From Rhizodiscina lignyota (taxonomy: Eukaryota): 64,000 nucleotides of DNA. The notes beneath the pieces were generated by a model. That model did no database searches. It had not been told where the DNA came from and saw only the letters and a list, made by a program, of their open reading frames with translations. Location of the stretch: NCBI GenBank assembly GCA_010015805.1, contig ML978123.1, positions 1,674,001 through 1,738,000 on the forward strand, in the 5' to 3' direction. Positions 48,464 through 60,692 of the stretch are shown piece by piece; the first letter of the stretch is position 1; the number at the start of each line of letters is the position of its first letter. The position numbers and the translations under genes are program-made.

Positions 48464-49007
48464 ACGCAAGTTGCATGTACGATACTGTCGAAATAGTTCT
48501 AAGAGAAGATGACTAGCTCTTGTGTTGAAATCAAGTGACGAAGGAGCTAGTCACATGAGTTCGCCGAGTTTGAGAAGCGTTCTACTTTCCTTCTGAGAGC
48601 CGAAATCTACCTACGCATCGAGACACATTGGAAGCTACCTTGATGGGAGCTATAGTATCCCATGACTTTCACGGATTTTAACAACTGGCCATCCTTACTT
48701 GAAGACATCTTGACATCACTACTACCATGGCCTACTCCAACGCTTTAACTTACCTTGCCTCCGTTGACGTCAGTAATAGGCTAGTTAACGAGATTTGCCA
48801 TTTGAACACGACGCCGTCCTCAACTATTTCTTTTTAAACGTGTTGTTCCATTTTCTCTATAGGTTCATTGCTGTAGCCTTATGACAGCGTCGGTGCGTTA
48901 GACGGCATAGAAAGTTACACTGTTACAGCTACAAGGGAACTTGACCTATCATTATCTTGAGTCCGCCTCAGCCTCAGCCTCGCGAAAGGATAAGCGCTGG
49001 CGCATAA

Positions 49008-50720
49008 ATGTCTTCATCTTCTCTCCCATACTTTATCGATTCATTTCATACCCATCTGATACATCATCTTTTCATATTTCGTCGCGTACGCGGCGTTGCA
49101 TTGCGTTTACGTTGTCTTTGTTGTTGTGTCCTTCCGGACGTCATGGAAGGGTACTACAAGTTTTACGAGAGCGTCGGCCACGATTACTTTCCCTTATATT
49201 CAGACTTTGATGAAGCCATTACCACCATAGACATTCTCGAGCTGTGCTTTCATCCGGAAAAGGGGACGTATGGGAGCCAGACCCATCACATACATTCTCC
49301 AGATATAGTAAACTGGCTGCAAAATGCGCACGAATGTACAGAGGGTCCGGACCACAGAGTCACTCTCCAGATTGCTTTGATCTCGGTGGATTTTTTGGCC
49401 AGCCCATACCGGTGTCGCATACCGAAAATCACTATAGAACAACTCGTTGACCATTTTGGCCTCAGGATTGTGCACGAATACCATGGAAGCCTTCCATATA
49501 CCAACTTCGCAATGCAAAGTCCTCCCAAAGCCAAGCATGAACCACGATATACGTACTGTGCGAAACTACCCGGGGCACTGAACATTGAAGTATCATATGA
49601 CAAGACTTCGAGGTCAGCTCGTGGGATATTTTGGGCGGGAGGGAGCGACATGGAGACTAAACAGCAAAGTTTAAAATGCTACAATGGACCAGCAGCCAGG
49701 CATGGGCTGTATGCGGCCATGGGTGCTGCAATATATGTTCAATTTCAATTTAATATGTCCCTTCGCATAAGCGAGAAGGAACAGCGGGTGATAGCGACAG
49801 AACATCAGACGGGCTTCCACAATTGGGTTAATAGGGCCGATGACCTCAAGGTCTCTGATAAGAAGCTTCGCAAGTTATCTTCTACACTGACAGGACTCAA
49901 GACGATGTTAGCAAGGTACGAGCGACAAGCAATAGCTGTGATGCGAATTATCGATTCTGTCTCCTGGCATATCAGCCATTCTGAAGGCACACAGCACCTT
50001 GACTCTGAAGGCTCTCTCAATGGCGATAGTATTGGTGCAATGGAAGAGCTTTGCACATTGACTAAAGAGCGACTGGAATCTCAGAAACCTGTTATAGACG
50101 AACTGAAGACGAGAGTCGACGCTCAACTAACGGCTGTTTTCCACCTCATATCGCAAGAGGACACACAGCTGAACATATCGCTCGGACGAGATTCTAAAAC
50201 ACTGGCCGAAGCAGCCCAGCGGGACACTAGTTCGATGAAGTCGCTCGCCATTCTCACCGCGATTTTTCTGCCTCCGACCGCGGTAGCTACCATCTTCGCA
50301 ATGCCGTTCTTTGATTGGACCCATAGCGGCTCTGGACCCGTGGTGAACCACAAGTTCTGGATTTACTGGGCGACTGCCATCCCACTCACCATCGCTACGG
50401 TGACCATTTGGTGGGTGTGGATCCGGAGGGAGAGTGACTTCAAACGAAAACTGATGGAAGTCGAAGCCAAGTTGAAAGAGATGAGAGTGCGGTTTAAGGA
50501 AAAGCGTTCCGACGAAGAGCAAGAAGAGGCGGAAGGGACTAGCTCGGCACACCATGAGGGATCCTTTATCGAGCGCGAATCTGACGCAGCAGATCTCGAG
50601 GCGAGCAGTGAGCGAGCCAGCGGCGATGGGCCGAGAAATTCCGTCAGGCAGTGCTGGCGGAGAGCGTTTCGGTCAAAACGGCCAGCGGATGTGGAGTTAG
50701 CGAGCATGGACTCCGAATAG
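49008..50720 (+). CDS. Fungal CorA-like domain protein (two C-terminal TM helices)
   Basis: 570-aa ORF with a helical region followed by SMKSLAILTAIFLPPTAVATIFAMPFF...FWIYWATAIPLT. True start may be the Met at 49143. Confidence 0.75.
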   Translation: MSSSSLPYFIDSFHTHLIHHLFIFRRVRGVALRLRCLCCCVLPDVMEGYYKFYESVGHDYFPLYSDFDEAITTIDILELCFHPEKGTYGSQTHHIHSPDIVNWLQNAHECTEGPDHRVTLQIALISVDFLASPYRCRIPKITIEQLVDHFGLRIVHEYHGSLPYTNFAMQSPPKAKHEPRYTYCAKLPGALNIEVSYDKTSRSARGIFWAGGSDMETKQQSLKCYNGPAARHGLYAAMGAAIYVQFQFNMSLRISEKEQRVIATEHQTGFHNWVNRADDLKVSDKKLRKLSSTLTGLKTMLARYERQAIAVMRIIDSVSWHISHSEGTQHLDSEGSLNGDSIGAMEELCTLTKERLESQKPVIDELKTRVDAQLTAVFHLISQEDTQLNISLGRDSKTLAEAAQRDTSSMKSLAILTAIFLPPTAVATIFAMPFFDWTHSGSGPVVNHKFWIYWATAIPLTIATVTIWWVWIRRESDFKRKLMEVEAKLKEMRVRFKEKRSDEEQEEAEGTSSAHHEGSFIERESDAADLEASSERASGDGPRNSVRQCWRRAFRSKRPADVELASMDSE

Positions 50721-50859
50721 GTACCTGCACCTCAAAAGTGCTTCAGCAAAGTTTTCCATTGACGATATGCACAAATCTCTCTTCCGAAAATAAAAAAACG
50801 TCTATACATCCAAAACAAGCCCGTATTTGAAACCCGCCCACCAAACCTCTTTTTACTGC

Positions 50860-53800
50860 TTACACGCTCCGACTGTACCCACTAAACAAGCTCCTTCCAC
50901 CTCTGCGCTTGAGAAACTTCCTCCCCTCGTCCGCCCAAAACACCGTACTCGCCACCGCAACAAGAAACACGAGATCCATCAGCCCCAGCGCCTCGGTCTG
51001 GAAGATGCGCTGCAGCGGCGGGAAGTAAATGACCAGGCACTGCCCCAGCAGGCTCCCGCTCACGCTCAAATTGAACATGCGATTCTCGAAGATGCCGATC
51101 TCGCCGCGCAGCACGGACTTGCCCTCGCTGCGACAGGTCAAGGCGTTGAACATGTCGAACAGCACGAACGCGGTGAACGTCATGGTGGTGTCGCGCGCGG
51201 TAACGACGCTGTTGTCGGCCATCTCCATGATGTAGATGGAGAGTGTGCCGAGCATGATGATGCTTGCGGACTGGCCAACGCGCTGCAGGACGGCGCGAGT
51301 GAGGACGCGTGCGGTTTTCGAGCGTGGTGGGCGGTTCATGATGGCGGGATCGACGGGCTCGACACCGAGGGATTGCGCAGGCGGGCCATCCATTAGAATG
51401 TCTGGTTTGGAACATTCTGTTAGTAAGAGTAGTAGGGGACAGTAAGAAGGGGGGAAACGCACTTATCCAGAGGATCTGCATCGCGTTCAGCGGATTCTTG
51501 AAACCGAATACCGTTGCGAGGAGCACGAGACTCAGCGCCGCAGCACTGGTGGAGAGCTGGAAGGTTAGGAAGTTCTGGATATTGTAGAAGATGCCTTTGC
51601 CCTCCTCAATAGCGTTCAGGATGGTCGAAAAGTCGTCGTCCGTGAGGATCATATCAGCCGCTTCTTTAGCAACATCGGTACCCAGCTTGCCCATCGAGAT
51701 CCCAATGTCCGCCTTCTTCAGCGCAGGCGCATCGTTGACGCCGTCGCCCGTCATGGCAACGACATCACCTCGACTCTGCAGTGCCCGCACAATCTTGAGC
51801 TTATGGTCTGGACTTGTGCGCGCAAAAATGCAAGTCGAGATCATAGCCTGCGCAAGCTCCTCTTCCGACATGCGATCGATCTGGTCGCCGCGCAGCACTG
51901 GCAGCGCAGCCGAGCTGTTCATATTGATCGGCATACCGAGCTTCTTGCCGATTGCGACAGCCGTAGTCTCTGCGTCACCAGTGATCATGATGACTTTGAC
52001 GCCGCCAGCCATGAGACGCCGTATCGAGCGATCGACACCTTTGCGCGGGGGGTCGTTCATACCGACGATGCCAGCGAAGGCGAGGCCTTGGTAAACAGAC
52101 TCGTCGTTGACTGGCTCTGAGATTTTGTCTGCAGGGAGAGAGGATGGCGTTGCCAAGGGGGTAGAGTTGCCGCTTCGTGATTTGACGTGTGATAGGCCAC
52201 GAGATGCGTCCCGTGCTGGGCCGCTTGCAAAGCCTAGCACTCGGAGGCCTTCTTCAGCCATTGACTCTGCAGCTTTCACGGCCTCCTTTCTTCGTGCTTC
52301 ATCGAGGATAATTTCTCGGCCGTCAGCTGTGATATACGTGTCACATCGCTTAAGTATCTGTTCGAGCGCGCCTTTGATATACGCCACATCAGCTCCTGCG
52401 TTGCTGGTGTTCGCCTCAGGAGATCCTTGGATAACAACACCCATCCATTTCCGTTCGGAGCTGAAGGGCGTTTCGTACTTCCGTCCTCCAATCCTCTCGC
52501 GGACATCGGATTCGCTAAATGAATCTAGCAGATCCAAGAGGGCTACGTCCGTAGGTTGACCGGCCCACCTACTTCGAAGGCCCGAGGTCTCATCGCTTGT
52601 GGAGGCCAGAACCGCAGCTGAAGACGCGGTTGCATGTGTGCTGGAGCTTCCGCTTAGAAGACGGGCATTATTGACAATGTTGCCTATTCTAAGAATCGTT
52701 CGTGTAGCAGAATCCAAGGCCGTAAGGCCTTGCTTGCGCATGACATCTATTGGCGCTTTATCGTCAAAATGCCAGATCTTCGTAACAGTCATGTGATTCG
52801 TAGTCAAAGTCCCTTTAAGAGTTAGCTGTGCATAAGACGTTGCATCAGTAGTACAAACCCGTCTTGTCACTACAGACCACGTTCACACTTCCTAGCGTTT
52901 CTACACTTGGAAGTCTCCTGACGATGGCATCTCTCTTGCTCATCCTCAGCACCCCCAACGCCAAAGTAACGGTGACAATGATCGGCAAGCCCTCTGGTAT
53001 TGCTGCGACCGCCAAACTAACGCCGATTTGGAACATGTTAAGGAAGGTCCACCCACGCCAAAGGCCAATAAGCATGATGAACGCAATGACAGCAAAAGAA
53101 ACATAACTCAAATCTTTTCCCAGCCGGTCCATGGAAAGCTGCAAAGGTGTACGTGGAGATTCGATTTCTTGCAAAGAAGCAGAGATTGCGCCAAATTCAG
53201 TGTCGGCGCCTGTACCAATGACGAGACCCTGGCCGTAGCCTGACCGCACGAGTGTGCCCATGAAAACAATGTTGGTTTGGTCGTTAAGACGGATGTCTGC
53301 GCCGACAGTTCCAGTAGCAGGAGAGGCATATGCTGGTGATCGAGGACGAGAGTTAGGGTCGTAAAGATCCATTCGAGCGCGGATGACACTTGGAGATTTC
53401 TGGACGGGTTCGTTTTCGCCTGTAAGGTTTGATTCGTCTATTGAGAGGTCTGCTGCGTGAGTGATGCGAATATCGGCCGGGATGCGGTCGCCAGTGTGGA
53501 AAAGGACCAAGTCGCCAGGAACAAGCTGCGTGGCTTGGACAGTATTCGAAAGGGCTTCCGCAGCCTCTAATGACCGCGCGGTGTCTTGAACGCCTGAAAG
53601 ATCATCCAACTCTATGCCTGCCGTCCCATTCTCCTTTGGTACTCTTTCTGGCCTCGTGTTGTTCGCCGTGCTATCTCCGCGGATGATGTGCGCGAAATGT
53701 GGTACCAGCTGGTTCAAGGCCTCCAGCGATTTCTCTGACCGGTATTCCTGCACGAAACCAACCGTGACGACAATTGTCACTGCTACAGTGATACTGACAG

Positions 53801-54251
53801 CATCTTCGTAGTTGCCCATGATAAACGACACGGCTGCCGAACCAAGTAAAAGGAGTATCAGCGTTTCCTTGAATTGTTTCAGAAACCGTAGCCATAGCGG
53901 CTCCGGCTCTTCATGAGGCAGCTCGTTCGGCCCATTCGTGTGGAGGCGCGAGAGAGCCTCGGCGGGCGAGATGCCATGCGTGAGCGAGGAGGTTAATCGT
54001 TCGGCGGTTTCTTGAGGAGTAAGGATCGCATACTGCGATGTTATTGTCTGTTCAAGCAAAAAGACGGTTAGTGAGCATATCAACAGCGTAGAGGCAAAGG
54101 CTTGGGGTCGTACAGATGCACCTGGCCTTGATTGACGATTTCGCGACTGGGGTCTCGACGTGGCTGCTGACGGCAAATTGGGCGTCTCTGGGCGCAGACT
54201 GCTTCCAGCGACATTGTATAGAGGTAATGCCGGCGTGGTCGTCTTGGACAT
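50860..54251 (-). CDS. PMR1: Golgi Ca2+/Mn2+-transporting P-type ATPase
   Basis: [92 protein letters not shown]. Three introns; likely start MSKTTTP at 54251. Confidence 0.95.
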
Positions 54252-54991
54252 GGCTTTGTGGCCATAGGACGGCGGCGCAGAAGATGCGCGTTCGTGGCTC
54301 TCGCCCGCTGCGAGAAGGGGTATTGAGCTCGCCGTGCCTGCTATCGGGGCCAATTCCACATTTGCTTGCGCTCCGGACAACGTCAGACTCGAGTAACTGC
54401 TCTACAAGAGCGTGCGGAGGGCGACGGTGAAGAAGGTGGCGCAGTGGCTGTTTGCGGAGATGTCTGGATCTGCTCTCGTATCTGGCGCGCTCCTGAAACG
54501 AATTTTGGGATGGCCAGGTGTTCCTCAGGGACAGGAATCACATGGATGGGCGGAGAGGCGAGGGAATGAGTGCGACGGTCGTCGTTGGGCTCAGGGTGTG
54601 TGGATTGAGAGAAATTGTCAGATTCACTCGAGCTATGGGGGTTCTGGAGAAGCTCCATACATGTCCTTTTCTGGCAGGAGATCCAGGACGGCCTCGTACG
54701 GACAAAGACTAGCCGCATGCGAGTGGCTATGCAAGTGGATTCAAATGCCAGGGCATGGAAGCAGAGCCTCGTCTATCTACAGTTATCTAGACATAATTTG
54801 CACATTAGTAGACCTCCGAAGACGCCGCGCAAGCAGAGCCACTGGAATTTAGCTGGGACGAACTCGCGCTGCGGCGAAATGCCGGACTGGGTGGAAGGCT
54901 TGGCGCCCTGAAATGCGGCGGCTGGGGACTTATTCACGTCGCAACCACCTCACCACCCTTTGCTTCACCACCCATCCCCCACTTTGCAACA

Positions 54992-55130
54992 ACGCGTTGA
55001 TTGCTATTACATCTTGCATTTCTGCAGTCGCATACTTGGCCTCTCTTGCTCCATCTACTTTTGGCCTCTGAAATTTGCCGGTGTGGACGCGCGTGGCGCG
55101 TCGCTCACCACATAAACAACGCAAACGCGC
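54992..55130. promoter_or_regulatory. Cluster of MCB-like (ACGCGT/CGCG) elements upstream of RAD21
   Basis: ACGCGT at 54992-54997, GACGCGCGTGGCGCGTCG near 55086-55103 and AACGCG near 55124. Cohesin kleisin genes are classic MBF targets. Confidence 0.5.
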
Positions 55131-55219
55131 CGCATCGTCAACGCCAATCTCATCCATTTCGCGGCACTTGAACACAACAACGTCCGACTATCATCTTAGA
55201 GATCCTCCTTCAGCTCAAG

Positions 55220-57138
55220 ATGTTCTACTCGGAGACATTACTGTCTAAGACGGGGCCGCTGGCTCGCGTCTGGCTTGCTGCCAACATCGAGCGCAAGCTC
55301 AACAAACAGCAGATTCGGGAGGCAGATATTTCGAGTAGTGTCGATGCTATTGTTGACCAAGGACAGGCGCCAATGGCGCTTCGTCTGTCTGGCCAATTGC
55401 TCCTTGGTGTCGTCAGAATCTATAGCCGCAAGGCGCGCTATCTCTTAGAAGATTGCAATGAAGCGTTGATGAAGATCAAGCTTGTATGATACGCGCTTCC
55501 TGCAGAAACGCATCGCATAAGCTAACTTGTCATTAGGCATTCCGTCCAGGCAACGTCGATCTACCCGCGAATCAGTCTCACACGGTCAACCCTGCCAGTC
55601 TCATCATGCCCGACGTTCTCACAGAACTGGATCTTCTTGCGCCAATGCCTGACCCAGACTTGCTACTTGCAGAACCCAATGAGCTTCCTCCCGGGACGAA
55701 AGATCCTACCTTGCTTGATTTTGGCACGAGTCAGCTCCTCTCTGAGTCTGTTGAACAACCACGTCTTTTTGACGATGAGCCGCTACTCCTACCAGATGAC
55801 GATCTCGAAATTGACATTCGCGATACTGATGACTTCAGCATTGAGAAGCCGCGAGATGCACCAGCCCCACGTACATTGGCAGAAGAGGTCGAGGACAGTG
55901 GCCTCAAGTTTGGCGAGGGTGACGACCTCATCTTGGACTTCGACGATGAACCAGCTCCTCTTAGACCGAGCATCAACCTTCCACCTTTAGAAGATATGGA
56001 CGTTGACATGCCACCGGTGGATGATGCTACTATTCTTCCTCCTGACGATGAAGCAATCGCAGTCGCAGAGTCGCCTGAGCGCCGACGCCAATCAACGTCT
56101 CCACTCTCTGAAGTGCGCCCAAGTGTTGAACGAGACCTCGAAGCCTCCTTCCAAGTGAACGACACTACCATGGAGCCATCGGAAGAGTTTATTCAGCAAG
56201 CCCAGCGTGCCAAGCGCCGTCGCGTTATCCAAAATGACACGGATACCGAACTACACTCTTCCCAGATCCGTGCACAACAGAATGATCGCTCGAAGATCCT
56301 AAAGCCTACCTCCTTCCTCCCACGTGACCCCATTCTGCTCGCTTTAATGAACATGCAGCGCACTGGTGGCTTCGTCTCCAACATCCTCGGCGATGGCCGC
56401 AATCAAGGTTGGGCTCCTGAGCTTCGCGGCGTCCTATCTGTTGAAGTTGTCCGCCGCTCTGGCGACCTGAAGCGCAAGCGTGACAGTGGCGTTGCAGACC
56501 TCGGTCTCTCCGACGAAGACCAGGCCCGCTCTGCGGCTGAGAAGACACCTCAGCTGGAATTTGACCAGGACGACGGTCTCGGCATGGACCCAGGTGCTCT
56601 GGACGTTGGTGGCGATACCACCCTCGGCGCTGGCGCCGCGGAAATCGAGGACCTCCCTGCCGTCGCAGGCCGCGAGGAGGAGGAGCCCGAACTCGATGAA
56701 GACGAGATCCCGCTCTCCCCTGTACCAGACCACTTCGACGAGACCACCATGCCCCTCCTACACCCCGAAGACGCCGGCCCCATCAGCCAAGGCACGCAGC
56801 ACGCCGTACATCTGTTGCGTCAACGCTTCGGTGACGCGGCGAAGGACTCTCCCGGTCAACGGCAGAAGACAAGCGTGACGTTTCAGCAGCTGTTACCCGA
56901 AGCAAAGACGAGTAGAGTCGATGCAACGAAGATGTTCTTTGAGGTGTTGGTCCTCGCGACGAAGGATGCCGTGGCGGTGGAGAAGCAGAGCACTGATGTG
57001 CTAGGTGGACCAATTAAGATCCGTGCGAAGAGAGGTTTATGGGGACAGTGGGCGGAGGCTGGTGCGGGTGGGGAGATTGCGAGTCAGGAGGTCGGTGATG
57101 ATGGAGAGGGAATGGCTGAAGTTGATGTTGAAGCGTAG
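55220..57138 (+). CDS. RAD21: Cohesin kleisin subunit Rad21/Scc1/Mcd1
   Basis: MFYSETLLSKTGPLARVWLAAN...ALRLSGQLLLGVVRIYSRKARYLLEDC; C-terminal winged helix ATKMFFEVLVLATKDAV. Intron 55483-55537. Confidence 0.96.
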
Positions 57139-57507
57139 TGATTACGGTGCGGCAGTTTGGGCATGTTCTTGGGGGCGAGGTGGGATTGGAGCATCTTCAA
57201 CTTGGACATGGGTTACGCTGTTGAACGGATTACCTTTCTTTCTTGGGGGAAAAGCAGAATACCCTTTACTGCAGTCGTGTTATTTGGGACTGGTATTGGC
57301 GTGAAGGGGTGGGTACCTGTATACTAGAGTACAACAGGACTTTGGTATCTCTTTTGGGAATTGGGTTATCGTGCTCTGCTAGGTACATGCTTTGAGTAGG
57401 CTCTCCTCGCAAATCGCATCAGCTGAAAGAATAATGATCAAATCGCGATCCATAACCATTTGGGCTATATGAAAATGCGTTTCATTCATTAGCCTGCTAG
57501 ACGCTCG

Positions 57508-58370
57508 TTAACATTCGCCATTCTCCTGACAGGAGTCCACCGGGACTGAAGGATTCTCAGGCACCTTCGTACCTTTGACCACGCACACTCCAGGGCAATC
57601 CGCACCACCATGCTTGGGATCGCAGCCATCTCCTTTCATATCAACACAAACCAATGGCTTCGGGCACGGCTTACCTGTGAAGCCTCCACAACTTCCACCG
57701 GTTTTGACACATGTACCGAAACAATCTGTGCATTGAGAGTTGGAGTTATAGCAATAGTATCCATCCGCGCAAGGCTTGCCCACAAACCCGCCGCAGGTCT
57801 TTGAAGGAGTGCAGATACCGATACAATCGGCACCCCCTTTGCTAGGGTCGCAATCATCGCTTGGATCATCAAGGCAATCATATCCAGCATCGCACTGCTT
57901 CCCGAGCAATCCCCCGCAGCTCTTGTTCTCCGATTCCGGGTTAGCCGACGTTGTAGCTCGCGCGGTTAACGTTGTAGACTTGGTGGGTGTGCAGATGCCT
58001 GGGCAGTCGGCGCCGCCCTTCTTCGGGTTGCAATCATCACTCGGGTTGTCAACGCAGGTATAGCCATAGCCGCAGGGAAGGCCGGCAAAGCCGCCGCACG
58101 ACTTGTAGCATGTGCCAGAGCAGTCAGCACCGCCATTTCCCGGGTCGCAGGAGTCGGCATCGTCAATACAAGCATAGCCAGATGGGCAGGTGAGGCCGAG
58201 AATGGTACCACATTTGCTGGGCGTAGTCGTCGTTGCTGGCTACGGGTTCTGTCAGCCGAATTCAGGACAACAGAGGGGTGGATAGAATCTGTGAAAGTAA
58301 TACTCGCCTTTGATGCAGCTGTGACTAGAGCAGCCGGAATGAGTGCTATAGAGAGATAGAGGAACCTCAT
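57508..58370 (-). CDS. Secreted cysteine-rich protein with five 6-Cys repeats
   Basis: Signal peptide MRFLYLSIALIPAALVTA; intron 58307-58240; repeats of CGG(F/L)xGxxCxxGYxCxDxPxDxCDPxxGGADCxGxC. Confidence 0.85.
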
Positions 58371-58937
58371 TTTCGACTGAATGGTGGACGACTGAAAAGA
58401 GCAGATAATTGCAGAGTTTGAGAGCAAAGACGTTGAGCAATAAGACTGATCAAGGAAATTGAAGTAACTACTCAGCACGTCTCACTGCCCTTCATTCCAA
58501 TATATGTAAATTTCTAAAGACGTACAATCTCCCATCAAAAAGGTGCCGCTCTCTCAGCTGCTGAGGAGAAGCAGCCCGGAAATCCTCTCTCCACGCAGCC
58601 ATTTACGAAATACCAAGATCCAGAAACAGCGCTCACGAAGCTGTGCAACTATATCATCCCTTGCGGGCAATTTACGATCGGCCACATAGCGAATTAAACG
58701 TGTGAAGTGGATCGACGCCGAGAGTATTAATATAGCAGTGGGATGACAGGAGGTTGGAGAATACGGGCTTGGCGGTTCAGGGGAAACGAGAGTGGAATGG
58801 GGGAGGAGTTCTCGGCGGTCTAGCCCAAAACATGCATGGCTTAACTAGCGGATCCTGGGGTGGAGATCTCGTGTCCTTTAAAAACACGAGCTGTGTTACG
58901 CTTCTACATGGCATTGTCTTACAATATATCGCAGTCA

Positions 58938-60692
58938 TCATTCAATCTTTTTGAAAAATGCAAGATGTTCTGGCATCGCCACCTCAGCTTGATACCGCAT
59001 TCCTTGAACGCCACCTTTGGCATCAATGACAAATTGCACCTTGAGCGCATGATCTGTAAGCCAACTGCTCGGCCCAAGACGTTGATGGGACCACCACCAG
59101 TCCCCGGAAACGTGATGCAAAGTCGCTGAGACATCGCAATATGCTGTTTGTAGGCCTCCAGAACGAAGATAAAGCTGGAGACCAGGCGCTGCGCCTTTCG
59201 ACTTTTCTTCTGAATTGTGTTCTTGCTGCTGTGTCTGAGAGACACTGCCCTCTTTGCTCTCTGACGTTGCAGCTGATATCCTGAACTCGTGGTATGCTGG
59301 ATGCTGGTATATGCCTTCGTAGTGCTGTAACGGTAAGGTTGGATTGAGACCTGTTTCAATACTTTTTTCTCCGAAGAGCCGCTCCAATACTTTATCTGTC
59401 GCCATACTTTCAGTTGCTCGCGCTTCGGTGTCTCGGGCTGCTTGAGCCATGTCATGGCGTTCGTTCTCGGGTGTTTGGAGGAACTTGTCAAGAAGATACC
59501 ACGCTACAACGTCTTGTGCAAGACTGTATGTATTCTGCATGATCACTACCGCCCACCCGCAGTCCTCTTCGCCCTCTTTGAGCTCGGTTGGCGTAGGTGG
59601 GACCATTAGCATGAGTGCCATATAGCCAGCAGTTGCACCACTGTGCCAGAGTATTTCTCGGCCGCGATATACTTGGGAATAGAGACCCATGCAATACGCT
59701 CGCGGTCCTGTTTGCGGCCTCCTTGGATCGGGGTCTGTTAACATCTTCGGCGTACGAATGGCCATTGCCGATTTTTCTCTGAGGGCCATGGGAAGGCCAG
59801 ATGGTTTCATGAGATGCTTCACCCAATGTTTGTAGTCAAGCACGTTAGATATAATGCCTCCGGAGCCTTTTGCTGGAGCTATGCTCTCGAATGGTACGAC
59901 TTCATACTCTTTTACGTCCGAATCCCACAGATAGCCTCTCGCAACTTTTGCCTCTTCATGTTTCTCGGCAATTTCCATGGCATCGGAGAGAGTATAAGTC
60001 GTTTCATTCATACCCAATGGGTGAAATATGTGCTGTTTCAGCAATTCCTTGAAAGGACGACCGATAGTTGTTTCTGTTGCATACGACACGGCGGTGTACA
60101 TGAGATTGCAGTACTCGAACTTTTCTCTCAACTCGTTGTGCAAGGGAAGCTGAACATTCCCAGATTCAGAATCAGGGCTCGAGCATTTAGTGACGTAAGA
60201 AATCGGGAAATAAGAACGTGGAAGAGATCAATGCAGACTTACATGCCTCATTTGTCGCACAAGATCGCGATTCGAAGGATCCCCATTAATCCAAGTCAGA
60301 TCGTGCCTGGGCATACCGGTCCTCATCGAGAGGGCGTCTTCGAGAGTGATATGGTTAGTCGCCCACTGACCGTTCGGCGAGCCCTGATCCAGTACAAAGT
60401 CATCTCTTATCAGCTTCGCCAGAGGGGTCTTCCAGCTAACTTCTGGAAACTGTTCGTCTTCAACCAAATGGGCTGCCATCGAGGCGGTGAAAGACTTTGT
60501 TGTAGAGCCGGCGAAAAAGAGTGTGGACGGTGTGACGGGAACTTTATCTGCAATGTCTGAATAGCCATACCCCTTTGCCCAAGTCCGGTTTCCATGAGTG
60601 ACGAGTACAGCCATCCCTGGAGTCTTGAACTCTTTCATTGTCTCCTCGACAAATTCGCCTAAGGCCGGGTCGCTAAAATCTTCGTACTCCAT
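58938..60692 (-). CDS. Beta-lactamase-like serine hydrolase (AmpC/PBP family) with a DUF3471-like C-terminal domain
   Basis: PGMAV.V, F.AGSTTKSF (SxxK), FEYCN (YxN), IFHPLGM, GSGGIISNV.D, WHSG and YEGIYQHPAY. Intron 60242-60150. Confidence 0.9.

Noticed and set aside
50827..53243. Long + strand ORFs antisense to PMR1 (similar ones lie opposite TPS1, both MFS genes and RAD21)
   Set aside because: Shadow ORFs caused by codon bias of the real genes; no recognisable motifs.
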